A stretch of DNA of 64,000 bases from Chloroflexi bacterium UBA6622. GTDB lineage: Bacteria; Chloroflexota; UBA11872. Under the pieces are notes generated by a model, which was not told where the DNA came from, did no database searches, and was given only the letters and a program-made list of their open reading frames with translations. Numbering within the stretch: the first letter of the stretch is position 1; every line of letters begins with the position of its first letter. A program made the translations under genes and the position numbers. Positions 37,999 through 48,293 of this stretch are shown here, piece by piece. Location: positions 25,764 to 89,763 of the forward strand of contig DJHK01000028.1 of assembly GCA_002433065.1 (NCBI GenBank), written 5' to 3'.

Positions 37999-38718
37999 AT
38001 GACTGAGCAGCTTTTTCATATCGATAGTTATATGAACGAATTCGATGCTGTCGTGGTTGACACGAGGCCTGACGGTGTTGTGTTGGATCGGACGACGTTT
38101 TACCCGCAGGGCGGCGGGCAACCTGCTGATACAGGAATTCTGAAGAGCGATGTGGAAACCTGGCCGGTGGTTGCGGTCGTGAGAAAGCAAGGAGTGATTG
38201 TTCATCGTCTTGAGGGTGAGGCTCCGTCGCTAGGGACGACGATTCGTGGCGTGCTGGACTGGGATCTGAGATTTCGATATATGCGATTGCATACGGCTCT
38301 ACATGCGTTGTCTGGCGTGGTGTGGATCGGTTGGCAGGCTGATGTAACCGGCAGTCATATTTACGAGGACGGATGCCGGGCTCGAATGGATTTCTCGCTG
38401 GAGGCGGTTCGAGTTAGTGATGTTCGCGATGAGATCGAGGCTCGTTTGAACGCTGAGTTAGCGAAGGCTCGTGATGTTCGGGCGTACGAGTTACCGCGCG
38501 AGGACGCTCTTGCCTTGCCGGATTTGATTCGTACTCATATCAATCTCGTCCCAACCCATATCGAACAGATTCGAATTGTCGAAATCGAAGGTCTCGATCG
38601 TCAGGCTGATGGTGGTACCCATGTGGCCAACACTCGAGAGGTGGGCCCCATTTCTGTTGTGAATGCGGTGAACAAAGGCCGTATTAATCGTCGTCTTGAG
38701 ATTGCGTTGGGAGAATAG
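37999..38718 (+). CDS. alaX: AlaX-type alanyl-tRNA editing protein (AlaXM-like)
   Basis: 239 aa. Zinc motif HTALHAL, a later DGGTHV motif, and the tRNA_SAD pattern. Lies immediately upstream of ileS. Confidence 0.8.
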   Translation: MTEQLFHIDSYMNEFDAVVVDTRPDGVVLDRTTFYPQGGGQPADTGILKSDVETWPVVAVVRKQGVIVHRLEGEAPSLGTTIRGVLDWDLRFRYMRLHTALHALSGVVWIGWQADVTGSHIYEDGCRARMDFSLEAVRVSDVRDEIEARLNAELAKARDVRAYELPREDALALPDLIRTHINLVPTHIEQIRIVEIEGLDRQADGGTHVANTREVGPISVVNAVNKGRINRRLEIALGE

Positions 38719-38722
38719 AGGT

Positions 38723-41700
38723 ATGAATGCTGGTCCGCTGCCAAACAAAGAGTTGGAAACGTTTTCAGCTCTGCCGGAGGATCTTGATTTTCCGTCCATG
38801 GAGCAACGGATTCTTAAGTTCTGGGATTCGGAGCGGACATTCGATCGGCTTCGTGAGAAAAATTCCAATGGTCCCCACTGGTCATTTATCGACGGGCCAA
38901 TAACGGCAAATAATCCGATGGGTGTGCATCACGCGTGGGGCCGCACCTACAAGGACGTCTTTCAACGCTACCGGGCGATGAGAGGGTTTAACCAAAGATT
39001 TCAGAATGGATTCGATTGCCAGGGGCTGTGGCTCGAAGTCGAGGTTGAAAAGGAATTGGGGTTCAAATCAAAACGGGATATTGAGGCCTATGGCTTGGCA
39101 GCCTTTGCAGATGCCTGTCGGACTCGTGTGAATACGTACGCGAGCATTCAAACCGAGCAGTCGATTCGTCTTGGGCAATGGATGGACTGGGACAACTCTT
39201 ACTACACGCACTCTGATACAAATATCGAACACATCTGGCATTTCCTTGGTCGTTGTCACGAGCGTGGCTGGATCATGACGGCCCAACGGGCCATGCCGTG
39301 GTGCGCTCGGTGTGGAACAGCCTTATCGCAGCATGAGTTGATTGATACATATGAGGATGTGTCCCATGAAGCTGTCTATGTCCGACTACCTGTGTGTAAT
39401 CGCGAGAACACCTCGCTGCTTGTCTGGACAACGACACCATGGACTCTGGTTGCCAATGTGGCCGCGGCCGTACATCCACAACTCGATTATGTAGAAGTTG
39501 GGGTAGGCGACCAGCGGTACATCTTGGCCGAAGCGGCTCTCGAATCTGCCTTAGACATGGAGTTTGAGGTCATCGGGAGGATGAAGGGTGCCGAGATGCT
39601 TGGTTGGACCTATTCCGGTCCATTCGATGAGCTTCCGGCGGTTGCCGAGGTTGTGCACGAGGTGATCCCGTGGGAAGAGATTGGTGCTGAAGAAGGTACA
39701 GGTGTTGTTCATATTGCGCCTGGTGCGGGAGAAGAAGACTTTGATCTCGGACGTGATTTGGGTCTTTCGATCGTTGTTCCCATCGACGAGAACGGGGAGT
39801 ATGTTGATGGTTTTGGTTGGTTGACAGGTCGAGATGCTCGCCAGGTTTCTGCAGACGTAATCAGCGATTTGGATAATCGAAACTTGCTGCATCGGGCTCA
39901 CACGTATCAACATCGATATCCACATTGTTGGCGATGCCGCGAAGAACTCGTATTTCGTGTAGATGATGAGTGGTTTATTCGGGCTGACGAGGTCCGAGAA
40001 CCGATGCTGCAAGCTGCGGCTAGTGTTCAGTGGGTTCCTGAATATGCCGGGGCTCGGATGGCTGACTGGCTCAGCCATATGGGTGATTGGAACATCTCGC
40101 GGCGCAGATTCTGGGGGTTGCCACTGCCCTTTTATCCCTGTACGGAATGTGGACACCTGACGGTCATCGGATCCCGTCAGGAACTTGAGGAAAGAGCGCT
40201 TGAGGGGATCGACGGACTACGTGAACTACATCGGCCTTGGATCGATGATGTTGTGGTCCGATGCGAGAGTTGTGATGCGGCAGTTCGACGGATCACAGCG
40301 GTCGGAGATGCTTGGCTCGACGCCGGCATTGTTCCGTTTTCCACGCTTGACTATATGCAGCAGAGCGATGCATTTGCGTCTTGGTATCCAGCAGATTTTG
40401 TGAGCGAGATGCGCGAGCAAATTCGACTCTGGTTTTATTCCATGCTGTTTATGAGCGTGACCCTCGAAAGTCGGTCTCCATATCAGGCGGTATTTGTTTA
40501 CGAGAAGCTCAATGATGAAACCGGTCGACCCATGCATAAGAGTTGGGGTAACTCGATCGATTTTGGGGAAGCCGCTGATCGTATGGGTGCGGATGTCATG
40601 CGATGGATGTACGCGGGCCAGAACCCCGTATATAACATCAACTTTGGCTATGGACCGGCAACCGAAGTTAAACGCCGGATGCTCACACTCTGGAACGTAT
40701 ACGCCTTCTTTGTTACATATGCGCGACTCGACGGGTTTGATCCGACTGCTCCAATTATTCCCGTTGCGCAGCGGCCGGATCTCGACCGATGGGCACTGTC
40801 CCGGTTGCAGGGAGTGGTTGAAACATTTACCGAATCGCTTGATAACTACCTGGTGTATCGCGGTGTGCAAGCGGCACAGGCATTCATTGAGGACTTATCA
40901 AACTGGTATGTCCGCCGTGGGCGCCGTCGCTATTGGAAATCAAGTGTTGATGCAGATAAGCAGGCGGCCTATCAAACGCTCTATGAATTGCTGACGACGC
41001 TGGTTCGATTATTGGCCCCGGTGATGCCGTTCTGGACCGAGGATATGTACCAGAACTTGGTTCGACGGCCTGATTCGGCGGCTGTGCCTAGCGTGCATCT
41101 TTCGGATTGGCCGGTCCCAGATGTTGGAAAAAAAGATGCTGAGCTTGAGCGTTCGATGGGAGTTGTTCAGCGGGTGGTCCGCGTTGGTCGGTCGGCCCGT
41201 AATGGGGCAGACGTAAAGTTACGGCAGCCTCTTCGCTCAGCCTTGATACGGGTTGATGATGGGGAGTGGGCGTCTGTTATCTCGCTTGAGCAGCATGTTC
41301 GGGACGAGTTGAATGTGAAGGCAATTGAACGCATGGTTTCTGAACATGACCTCGTGGAATTTGAATTGCGGCCCAATTATCGGGTGCTTGGTCCCAAATT
41401 TGGAGCTCGTGTAAAAAGCTTGGCTGCAGCGATCGAGGCTCTTGATCCGGCGGTTGTTGTTCGTCAATTAGAAACGGATGGACAACTGGAGATCCGGTTT
41501 GATGGCGACGTGGAGGTTTTGAGTTCGGATGATGTCCTGATCCAGCGCACTCCTCGGGAAGGTTTTGGGGTTTCTGAGCAAGATGGGGTGATTGTGGCTA
41601 TTGCGACGGATGTTGACGATGTCTTGCGACGAGACGGTTTTGCCCGTGAATTGGTTCACGCCACGCAGAGTCTCCGACGTGAAGCTGGTCTAGAGGTATC

Positions 41701-41893
41701 CGATCGGATCTTGCTCTGGATTGAGGGCGGCGAAGAAGTGAAAACGACAATTGCCGAGCACCGTGATCGAATTTCCGAAGAGGTTTTGGCTGTTTCATTG
41801 AATCAGGGTCGTGTTGTTGATGACGTGGTAACGCAAGAGGTCATTCTTGATGGGCATGAGGTACAGCTTTCCTTGGCAGCTTCAGCAAACTGA
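38723..41893 (+). CDS. ileS: isoleucine--tRNA ligase, type 2
   Basis: 1056 aa from the ATG at 38723, with GAGG upstream. HIGH-class motif PMGVHHAWGR, CP1 editing domain, KMSKS-equivalent MHKSWGNS, and a long type-2 C-terminal domain. Confidence 0.95.
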   Translation: MNAGPLPNKELETFSALPEDLDFPSMEQRILKFWDSERTFDRLREKNSNGPHWSFIDGPITANNPMGVHHAWGRTYKDVFQRYRAMRGFNQRFQNGFDCQGLWLEVEVEKELGFKSKRDIEAYGLAAFADACRTRVNTYASIQTEQSIRLGQWMDWDNSYYTHSDTNIEHIWHFLGRCHERGWIMTAQRAMPWCARCGTALSQHELIDTYEDVSHEAVYVRLPVCNRENTSLLVWTTTPWTLVANVAAAVHPQLDYVEVGVGDQRYILAEAALESALDMEFEVIGRMKGAEMLGWTYSGPFDELPAVAEVVHEVIPWEEIGAEEGTGVVHIAPGAGEEDFDLGRDLGLSIVVPIDENGEYVDGFGWLTGRDARQVSADVISDLDNRNLLHRAHTYQHRYPHCWRCREELVFRVDDEWFIRADEVREPMLQAAASVQWVPEYAGARMADWLSHMGDWNISRRRFWGLPLPFYPCTECGHLTVIGSRQELEERALEGIDGLRELHRPWIDDVVVRCESCDAAVRRITAVGDAWLDAGIVPFSTLDYMQQSDAFASWYPADFVSEMREQIRLWFYSMLFMSVTLESRSPYQAVFVYEKLNDETGRPMHKSWGNSIDFGEAADRMGADVMRWMYAGQNPVYNINFGYGPATEVKRRMLTLWNVYAFFVTYARLDGFDPTAPIIPVAQRPDLDRWALSRLQGVVETFTESLDNYLVYRGVQAAQAFIEDLSNWYVRRGRRRYWKSSVDADKQAAYQTLYELLTTLVRLLAPVMPFWTEDMYQNLVRRPDSAAVPSVHLSDWPVPDVGKKDAELERSMGVVQRVVRVGRSARNGADVKLRQPLRSALIRVDDGEWASVISLEQHVRDELNVKAIERMVSEHDLVEFELRPNYRVLGPKFGARVKSLAAAIEALDPAVVVRQLETDGQLEIRFDGDVEVLSSDDVLIQRTPREGFGVSEQDGVIVAIATDVDDVLRRDGFARELVHATQSLRREAGLEVSDRILLWIEGGEEVKTTIAEHRDRISEEVLAVSLNQGRVVDDVVTQEVILDGHEVQLSLAASAN

Positions 41894-41949
41894 GAAGAGA
41901 CGGGCATGCTGCCCTGCTTGGACAGGGACCTATACGACGATGCCTGATT

Positions 41950-43113
41950 CTATGCCGTGCTCCCCGATGGTTTGGGACGGCGAAACGGCTGTCGGCTTCG
42001 ATATGTAGCGACCCGCCAGAGCCACTCTGAGGGCCCGAACAGGAAGCGATCCAACCACGCCTGCGACCACCACAGCTGCAGGGCCCATACTGCGAGCACA
42101 AACACCAAGATTGCGCTTCGGTTCACAAAGTGGAGATCACCGAGCAAGCTTGTCAAGACGACGACACCTATCACGGTTTGTGCCAGATAGTTGGTGAGCG
42201 CCATTCTTCCGACTGCTCGCAGCCGTTGCTTAAGCCAATTATCTGTGCCGTTGTTCCAGATGATGATGAGGCTCATGTAGCCGAGCGCACATGGAATCGT
42301 GCCAAGTGTGTTGGGAATCTGGCCGATGAAGGCGACTTCTTGCGAATAGTCATTGGCTGCGGTAACCATGAAACCAGCGGTCGAAAGCGGTAAGCCGACC
42401 GCGAGCCCGATTATTGCGGTTAATCGATATGTTCTGGTGGGTAGGCCACCGTTCATGAAGCCGGTTCGATATAGTCCGGCGCCGATGAGCATGAGGCCTA
42501 AGCCCCGAAGGAAGAATGTCAGTAGGAGCGGAAGCGCAAGAGGCGATTCATTTGAAATCTCGCCAGCTGTCCAGAATCCTGTGAGTGAAACGCTGGTCAT
42601 GTCGGCAACGTATTGCATGACAACTGTGCAGACCGCGGCTAGGGCGAACGCGATAAGCCCAACGGAGATGAGGATCCAACTCGGTTGCTTTCGCAGAGTA
42701 ATGAGGACGAATGACGAGCCGGCATAGAGCATCAGCACATCGCCAACCCACAAAAGGCTGTGTAGGGATCCGATCATCAGCAACAGCGAGTTTCGCCAGA
42801 TGTTCAGTCTGACGGCGTTACGTCCTCTTCGGCTGGCGCGGTCGATGAACAGAATTATGCCTGCGCCAAACAGCATCGAAAATAACCCCATAAATTTCTG
42901 ATGGATGAATATCTCGCCGAAGATGCCCACGGCCCAGTCGAACCACGTCTGTTGGGGGACTGCATTGAGGTTGAATAAGGGGGCAAGCCCCTCATCCCAC
43001 CTAAAGGACACAGCGTTCATCAGCAGGATGCCGAGCACGGCCACGCCGCGTATCAGGTCGAGGCTGACTATGCGCTCGGGCTCTTGAACTGGACCCGAGG
43101 GATGTATGGCCAT
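41950..43113 (-). CDS. DUF418/YeiB-family polytopic membrane protein
   Basis: 387 aa. N-terminal LDLIRGVAVLGILLMN, C-terminal MALTNYLAQTVIG and GPSEWLWR motifs typical of YeiB-like proteins. Confidence 0.8.
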   Translation of the reverse strand: MAIHPSGPVQEPERIVSLDLIRGVAVLGILLMNAVSFRWDEGLAPLFNLNAVPQQTWFDWAVGIFGEIFIHQKFMGLFSMLFGAGIILFIDRASRRGRNAVRLNIWRNSLLLMIGSLHSLLWVGDVLMLYAGSSFVLITLRKQPSWILISVGLIAFALAAVCTVVMQYVADMTSVSLTGFWTAGEISNESPLALPLLLTFFLRGLGLMLIGAGLYRTGFMNGGLPTRTYRLTAIIGLAVGLPLSTAGFMVTAANDYSQEVAFIGQIPNTLGTIPCALGYMSLIIIWNNGTDNWLKQRLRAVGRMALTNYLAQTVIGVVVLTSLLGDLHFVNRSAILVFVLAVWALQLWWSQAWLDRFLFGPSEWLWRVATYRSRQPFRRPKPSGSTA

Positions 43114-43252
43114 TACGTTGGAAGCGTTGGGTGAGACTTCGATGGGTATCTGGTCTTAGTTAAGCAGGCAGCGTGTGTTCTTACCGACATTAAGGTTGTT
43201 GTGCGCTTCCATAGGTGTTTGGGTCGAGCGTGCAATTGTTTTGGAGGAGATC

Positions 43253-43537
43253 TTAGGTTTTCAGCGCCACTTCAACGACGTCGCCGACTATACGAACACG
43301 GTAACTCTTAGTTCGTTGTCCGAGCGAAGGGCTTACGAGCCAGCCATCCGTTACGTCGTACGTCCAAGCGTGCAGGGGGCACGTGAGGTGGCAGCCGACG
43401 AGCGTGCCAGCGCCGAGCGGACCGCCCGCGTGTTCGCACAAACCATCAAGAGCGTGATACTTCCCGTTGACGTTCGCGATTACTATCTCGGTACCGTCGA
43501 AGACGACCGTGGTTAGCCGTCCAGGCGGGGGCAGCAT
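43253..43537 (-). CDS. Rieske [2Fe-2S] ferredoxin-type protein
   Basis: Rieske ligand motifs CEHAGGPL (CxH) and CPLHAW (CxxH). I chose the internal ATG at 43537 (94 aa) to avoid a 68-nt overlap with the upstream GNAT gene. The track start is 43639. Confidence 0.72.
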   Translation of the reverse strand: MLPPPGRLTTVVFDGTEIVIANVNGKYHALDGLCEHAGGPLGAGTLVGCHLTCPLHAWTYDVTDGWLVSPSLGQRTKSYRVRIVGDVVEVALKT

Positions 43538-43571
43538 GTCTGTGGAACCGACTGCCTGATACGTATTTTCG

Positions 43572-44642
43572 TTAGCCAAGATGTCGGCACATGATGGTGA
43601 CATCAGTGGATGCGGCGTTGCTATCAGATTCTGGGCCAAGTTGGAACTCGTTATGCCGAACGGTTTCTATCTCGAAGCCACTCTCATGGAGTACTTCCTG
43701 TCGATGTTGGCTAATTGCGGTGGCGCGTACTTCGCGCAGGCCATTTTGGGAAGCCTCTTCAATGGCTGCGTTGATGATCGTTGACGCTCGGTCGTGGTAA
43801 TCAACAGCGATCTGGAACTCCAGTGTGGCTGATTTGCTCAGCGGCCCTGCCGATAGGGCCGATAGGTTTACAGAAGCGGTTAGGCGGCCCTGATTGTTTT
43901 CTAGGACTTTCCACGTGTTATTCGGATTGGTCTCATGATTGGCAAACGTGTTGTAGAACGGTCGTAGGCACCCGCCTGCTTCCACCGATGGGGGTGCGTG
44001 AAAAATGGCTTCGGTGTAATCACGGACGATCCATCCGCCTGTTGCTGTTGTAAGTAGCAGGTGGGTATACGCCGCAAGATCGCCAAGTCGAATGTCACGG
44101 ATAACGCCATCGCCGTCTCGGCGAAGATAGGTACGGTCGAAATCCTCGGATTCAGTACCTGGCTGAACCGCACGCATGACCAATCCGTTCAGTGGTCGGA
44201 ATCCATTTTTCGTATACACGTGTTGTGCGATGGGGTTCATTGTTCCGAGATAACTAGCGAGGCCTCCCGACTCCCAAAAAGGATCAAGAGCCATCTCAGT
44301 GAGGACTTGGGCAATTCCTTTGCCCCTATGGTCAGGATTCGTAAATACGAAACCGTAACCCCCAAGGTCGCGTATCTTGAAATCGGTGGCATGCCATGCG
44401 GTGCCAACAATCTCGTTATTAATTCGAGCAACTAGCAAGGTATCTGCGAGCGAGGGATCAGCAGTGCCTGAGATAAATTTAGCGAGGAAAGCTGCCTCCG
44501 TGGCAACCATCCATGGATCAAAGGGTCGTGTTAAAAAGTGGTAGATCGAAAGGTGGTCAGGTGTTTCGCCACGATCTTCTCCAGGTAGCATGATGTGTAC
44601 GTCGAGTCGATCGCCGTTGGCCAGCAGGCGTTCGTGTTTCAT
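43572..44642 (-). CDS. GNAT-family N-acetyltransferase (two-lobed, ~356 aa)
   Basis: Acetyl-CoA motif A GYGFVFTNPDHRGKGIAQVL. I chose the ATG at 44642 (MKHERLL) because the track start at 44747 overlaps the divergent SDR gene. Confidence 0.7.
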   Translation of the reverse strand: MKHERLLANGDRLDVHIMLPGEDRGETPDHLSIYHFLTRPFDPWMVATEAAFLAKFISGTADPSLADTLLVARINNEIVGTAWHATDFKIRDLGGYGFVFTNPDHRGKGIAQVLTEMALDPFWESGGLASYLGTMNPIAQHVYTKNGFRPLNGLVMRAVQPGTESEDFDRTYLRRDGDGVIRDIRLGDLAAYTHLLLTTATGGWIVRDYTEAIFHAPPSVEAGGCLRPFYNTFANHETNPNNTWKVLENNQGRLTASVNLSALSAGPLSKSATLEFQIAVDYHDRASTIINAAIEEASQNGLREVRATAISQHRQEVLHESGFEIETVRHNEFQLGPESDSNAASTDVTIMCRHLG

Positions 44643-44715
44643 CGCAGCGTAACTCCGGATGTTGGGTCTGTGATGCAACAATACTGGTTTGTTGTGCTGT
44701 GTGGGAGGGACTTGA

Positions 44716-45456
44716 ATGTCGATGACAGGAAAAGCCGCATTGGTCACCGGGGGTGGGACTGGAGTTGGTCGTGCCGTCGCGTTGAAGTTGGCGGAGCGTG
44801 GTGTGAATGTGGCTGTGAATTATTCGAGGTCGGCCACGGAGGCTGCGGCAACCGTGGCTGATATCGAGGCATTGGGTGTGGACGGTGTAGCCATTCAAGC
44901 TGATGTGGCGTCGGATGCTTCGGTAAAAGCAATGGTTGAACAGGTGGCGGCTGTGTTCGGACGGTTGGATGTTGTTGTCAATAGTGCAGGGACTACCGCG
45001 TTCGTACCCCATGAAGACCTTGATGGCATGAATGAAGCTGACTGGGATCGTATTCAGGCGGTCAATCTAAAGGGACCGTTTTTTGTCAGTCGCGCAGCCA
45101 CTCCGCATCTTCGGGCTTCTGGCGATGGGGCGATTGTGAATGTGTCTTCGCTTGCTGGCGTCACAGGTATTGGTTCGTCGATTGCGTACGTGGCGTCGAA
45201 AGGTGGACTTAACTCGATAACCAAGTCCTTGGCTCGGGCGCTAGCGCCCGAGATTCGTGTCAACAGTGTGGCCCCTGGCGCTATTGATACTCGTTGGATG
45301 GACGAGCATCGTGACTTTCTTCAAGTCGCGATTGACAGAATGCCGCTTAAACGGGCTGCGACACCTGAAGATATTGCCGATGGGGTATTGATGTTGGTTG
45401 AGAATCGTTATGTGACTGGCGAAGTTCTTGTCATGGATGGTGGAGACTCGCTGTAA
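44716..45456 (+). CDS. short-chain dehydrogenase/reductase (FabG-like)
   Basis: 246 aa. GGGAGGGA lies upstream of the ATG. Cofactor motif ALVTGGGTGVGRA, NSAG, and catalytic YVASKGG. Confidence 0.9.
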   Translation: MSMTGKAALVTGGGTGVGRAVALKLAERGVNVAVNYSRSATEAAATVADIEALGVDGVAIQADVASDASVKAMVEQVAAVFGRLDVVVNSAGTTAFVPHEDLDGMNEADWDRIQAVNLKGPFFVSRAATPHLRASGDGAIVNVSSLAGVTGIGSSIAYVASKGGLNSITKSLARALAPEIRVNSVAPGAIDTRWMDEHRDFLQVAIDRMPLKRAATPEDIADGVLMLVENRYVTGEVLVMDGGDSL

Positions 45457-45513
45457 TCGTCCATCGTTAAAGGATGCAGTTGAACATCCTCGCAGTTTGT
45501 GTGTTGTATAAAA

Positions 45514-45540
45514 CAAGGCGCCGACTTAGTCGGCGCCTTG
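45514..45540. terminator. bidirectional intrinsic terminator hairpin between convergent genes
   Basis: Perfect 12-bp stem CAAGGCGCCGAC / GTCGGCGCCTTG with a 3-nt loop (TTA), flanked by A-rich (5') and T/G-rich (3') sequence. Lies between the SDR stop (45456) and the cytochrome c stop (45559). Expected by chance well under once per window. Confidence 0.75.
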
Positions 45541-45558
45541 TGAAATGTTCGAACGGTG

Positions 45559-45999
45559 CTAGCGGCTAGGCGCGGTTCGCAGGAAGTGAACGACTTTCCA
45601 CACTTCGTCTTCGGTGACTTTCTTGCCACGGTGGTTTAACCCAGCCATTTCTTCAGTGTCCTGATTGCCATTCCATGCGTTGTAGAAGATTTCCCCATCT
45701 GATTTTGCCTGGAAAACATCGGTTTTAAAGCTGGTTGGTCGAGGAGAGTACAGTTGGTATTGCGGTCCGAACCCGTCTGCCGCATAGCCGTGGCAGGTCG
45801 CGCAGTGTGTCAGATAGGCGGTTTCGCCTTCGGCCATGATGGCATCAGTTTTCTCGTACTTGTTGGCCTTGTTTATCCATTCGGCAGGAACAGGCGGAAA
45901 AGGAGTCGTTCCCGGCGGTGTGCAGGCTACAAACAGAATCAATGTGGCACCTGCTGCCGCGAATCCGGCTAATAGTGTGCGCCAAGCGCCAATTCTCAT
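45559..45999 (-). CDS. lipoprotein-anchored mono-heme c-type cytochrome
   Basis: Start at the ATG at 45999, with GGGAGA ~9 nt upstream. Signal sequence with FVAC lipobox and a CATCHG heme site. The C-terminal half aligns with the 8020..8577 paralog (DGEIFY, EVWKVVHFLR versus DGDLFY, EIWELVHYIR). Confidence 0.8.
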   Translation of the reverse strand: MRIGAWRTLLAGFAAAGATLILFVACTPPGTTPFPPVPAEWINKANKYEKTDAIMAEGETAYLTHCATCHGYAADGFGPQYQLYSPRPTSFKTDVFQAKSDGEIFYNAWNGNQDTEEMAGLNHRGKKVTEDEVWKVVHFLRTAPSR

Positions 46000-46120
46000 G
46001 CTAAGTATCTCCCAGTCGACCGCCAGAAATGAACGGCTAGTTCTATCAATGCGTCGATAACAATGTAGCGCGCCTTCTGACACCGGCGCTAGCTTCTATT
46101 GCCTCTCACGCTTAAGGTTA

Positions 46121-47008
46121 TTGCAAGTTTTGCCTCAGATGGGATGTGTATCAATGCAACCGGCTCTGCATACACTGATGTTCGGAAGTTATGGGCTCGA
46201 TCAAGTGGCCCCTATTGCTCGAGAGATCGGCTACCAGGGCGTGGCCCTGATGTGTCGTCTTCCACATTTGGATCTCGAACATCCCGAAATGTCAGCGGCT
46301 AAAGCCTTCCATATTGTTCGTGATTCGGGTCTGACTGTGGTCGGATTGGCTTCTGGACTAGGTCGGCCAAACTCATTTCTTGGTGAGGATGGAGCACAGG
46401 AGCTTGATGGCGTCAGGCGCGCAGTTGAGGCGGCTAACATTTTAGAGGCTGGCTTGCTTCGACTCTGGGCTGGGCCCGAAGGTGCGTCAGTAGCTGATGG
46501 TGAAGGGCTTGCCCATGCGGCGTCGTGGTACGCAGACGCCGCTGAGATTGCGAGTGCTGCCGATGTGCGAGTAACGATCGAGGTGCATTCCATTGGTTTT
46601 GCCTCAACGGCACAAAACACCTGCCGGTTGCTAGATGCGATAAACCATCCAAATCTTGGTGTGGCTCTAGATACGGGCAATATGCACGCATCTACTGGTG
46701 TCGTGGGTTCGACCGATGTGCAGATGTTTGGCGAGCGTCTTTTTGATGTACACGTGAAAGATATGCGAGACCTGTCTAGTCCCGAGGGCCACACGCTAGA
46801 GGTTGATGGTCGTTATTTTGTGCATTTGCCGATGAGCGAGGGCGACGTGCGGAACGACGACGTGGTAGTCGCGCTCTCAGAGGCCGGGTATAGAGGCTGG
46901 ATTGCGAATGAGTCGGAGTGCACGTGGGATACGTGGGAGAGGTCAGTCGTAGCTGCTCGGCACGAGTTTGCAGCGCTGCAGAACTTGATCCACCGCAGTC
47001 GGTTATGA
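46121..47008 (+). CDS. sugar phosphate isomerase/epimerase (xylose-isomerase-like TIM barrel)
   Basis: 295 aa. The start is TTG at 46121 or ATG at 46154. Family resemblance (RLWAGPEG, VTIEVH, ALDTGNMH, HVKD). Confidence 0.75.
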   Translation: MQVLPQMGCVSMQPALHTLMFGSYGLDQVAPIAREIGYQGVALMCRLPHLDLEHPEMSAAKAFHIVRDSGLTVVGLASGLGRPNSFLGEDGAQELDGVRRAVEAANILEAGLLRLWAGPEGASVADGEGLAHAASWYADAAEIASAADVRVTIEVHSIGFASTAQNTCRLLDAINHPNLGVALDTGNMHASTGVVGSTDVQMFGERLFDVHVKDMRDLSSPEGHTLEVDGRYFVHLPMSEGDVRNDDVVVALSEAGYRGWIANESECTWDTWERSVVAARHEFAALQNLIHRSRL

Positions 47009-47064
47009 GGCCAAGATAGGCTTCACGCCGTTAGAATCTGTGGCTGGCGGCTCGGGTTTGCATT

Positions 47065-48153
47065 ATGCACGTCGGATTTGTGTGGGATTCCAGCCTTTTT
47101 GACTACCGAAATATGATGGGAAATCCGTACGGAGGTTCCCTTGTTGAAGCGTTACAGCCACATGGCTATACCTTCGAACTATTGAATTACGTTGATGAAC
47201 CGTCGACAGGTGTAGCCGGGTTTTCTGCTCGCTGGGCATGGCTGAATCGGAACCGAGTGCAAGCTGTTCATTTGCACTGGCTCGCTGGATTTGTTTCGGC
47301 AGACACAACTCTCGGTGCGTGGCGGCGTTTGTTTGGATTGGCTATGGCGCTCATTCTGGCCCGTGTACTTGGATACCGGATTATCTGGACGCTCCACAAT
47401 ATGTTGCCGCATGAGCGGCCGCATCGCGGCGTCGATGTGGTGGGCCGTTTCCTGATGGCGGCGCTGGCTAACGCCATAATTTGTCACTGCCGATACGCGG
47501 CCAAGGAATTTAGTCGTAGATTTTTTAGACGACGGGGTTTGCATGTGATTCCCCACGGAAACTTTCGGTCTGCGTATCCATCAAGCATCACGCGGGAGGA
47601 TGCCCGCGCCGGTCTTTCGATTCCATCTAACGCGTTCGTGTATCTGTCGTTTGGAAACATTCGTGGTTACAAGGGGCACGATGATATGGTCGACGCGTTT
47701 TGTGGGCTGTCTGGCGAGCACTTACGACTAGTCATTGCCGGTTCGCGTCATACCTCATATACCGGTCCGATGGGTCCTGGGAACGAGATAGATAAACGTA
47801 TTGTTTGGATCGAGGACAAGATCCCTATTGATGATCTTCAGCGCTACTTCAATGCTGCTGATGTTGCTGTGTTTCCATACCGTGATGCTTTGACCAGCGG
47901 GGCGCTAATCACATCGCTAGGGTTTGGGCGTCCTGTAATTGCTACGCGAGTCGGATGTATTCCAGAAGTTCTAGAAATGTCAGATGCTGGGCATATGGTG
48001 CCACCTGCTGATATTGACGCGCTTCGTCGAGCGATGGCTGAGGCTCAGGAGTGGGACATTGCTGCTCGATCCCGGTCTGCACACGCTATTGCGGACCAAC
48101 TTGAATGGGAACCGATTGCGGAGCTGACGATGCGGGCCTATGGGTCTCCGTGA
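47065..48153 (+). CDS. GT-B glycosyltransferase (family 1/4-like)
   Basis: 362 aa. C-terminal nucleotide-sugar binding pattern (FPYRDALTSGALITSLGFGRPVIATRVGCIPEVL), the E-x7-E-like region of GT4 enzymes. Confidence 0.8.
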   Translation: MHVGFVWDSSLFDYRNMMGNPYGGSLVEALQPHGYTFELLNYVDEPSTGVAGFSARWAWLNRNRVQAVHLHWLAGFVSADTTLGAWRRLFGLAMALILARVLGYRIIWTLHNMLPHERPHRGVDVVGRFLMAALANAIICHCRYAAKEFSRRFFRRRGLHVIPHGNFRSAYPSSITREDARAGLSIPSNAFVYLSFGNIRGYKGHDDMVDAFCGLSGEHLRLVIAGSRHTSYTGPMGPGNEIDKRIVWIEDKIPIDDLQRYFNAADVAVFPYRDALTSGALITSLGFGRPVIATRVGCIPEVLEMSDAGHMVPPADIDALRRAMAEAQEWDIAARSRSAHAIADQLEWEPIAELTMRAYGSP

Positions 48154-48293
48154 ACTCGGGATATGTCGATCACTGACTGGTTAACGCTGGGGCCCGAAGA
48201 CGGTAATTCACAAGCTGAGGAAATATCCGAAACGGTTGTTGACTGCGTATTTCGTAACGCGTCCCTAGCTTTGGATCACCAGCCTTCGTTGCT

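Noticed and set aside
41894-41949. Two short hairpins (GGGCA-TGC-TGCCC; CCCTG-CTTGGA-CAGGG) between convergent ileS and yeiB-like genes
   Set aside because: The stems are only 5 bp and there is no U-tract, which is too weak to call a terminator.
46231-46794. 187-aa minus-strand ORF, and the similar 50443..51018 ORF
   Set aside because: They are antisense to a TIM-barrel isomerase and to the sigma factor respectively, and both are Ser/Arg/Ala-rich shadows.
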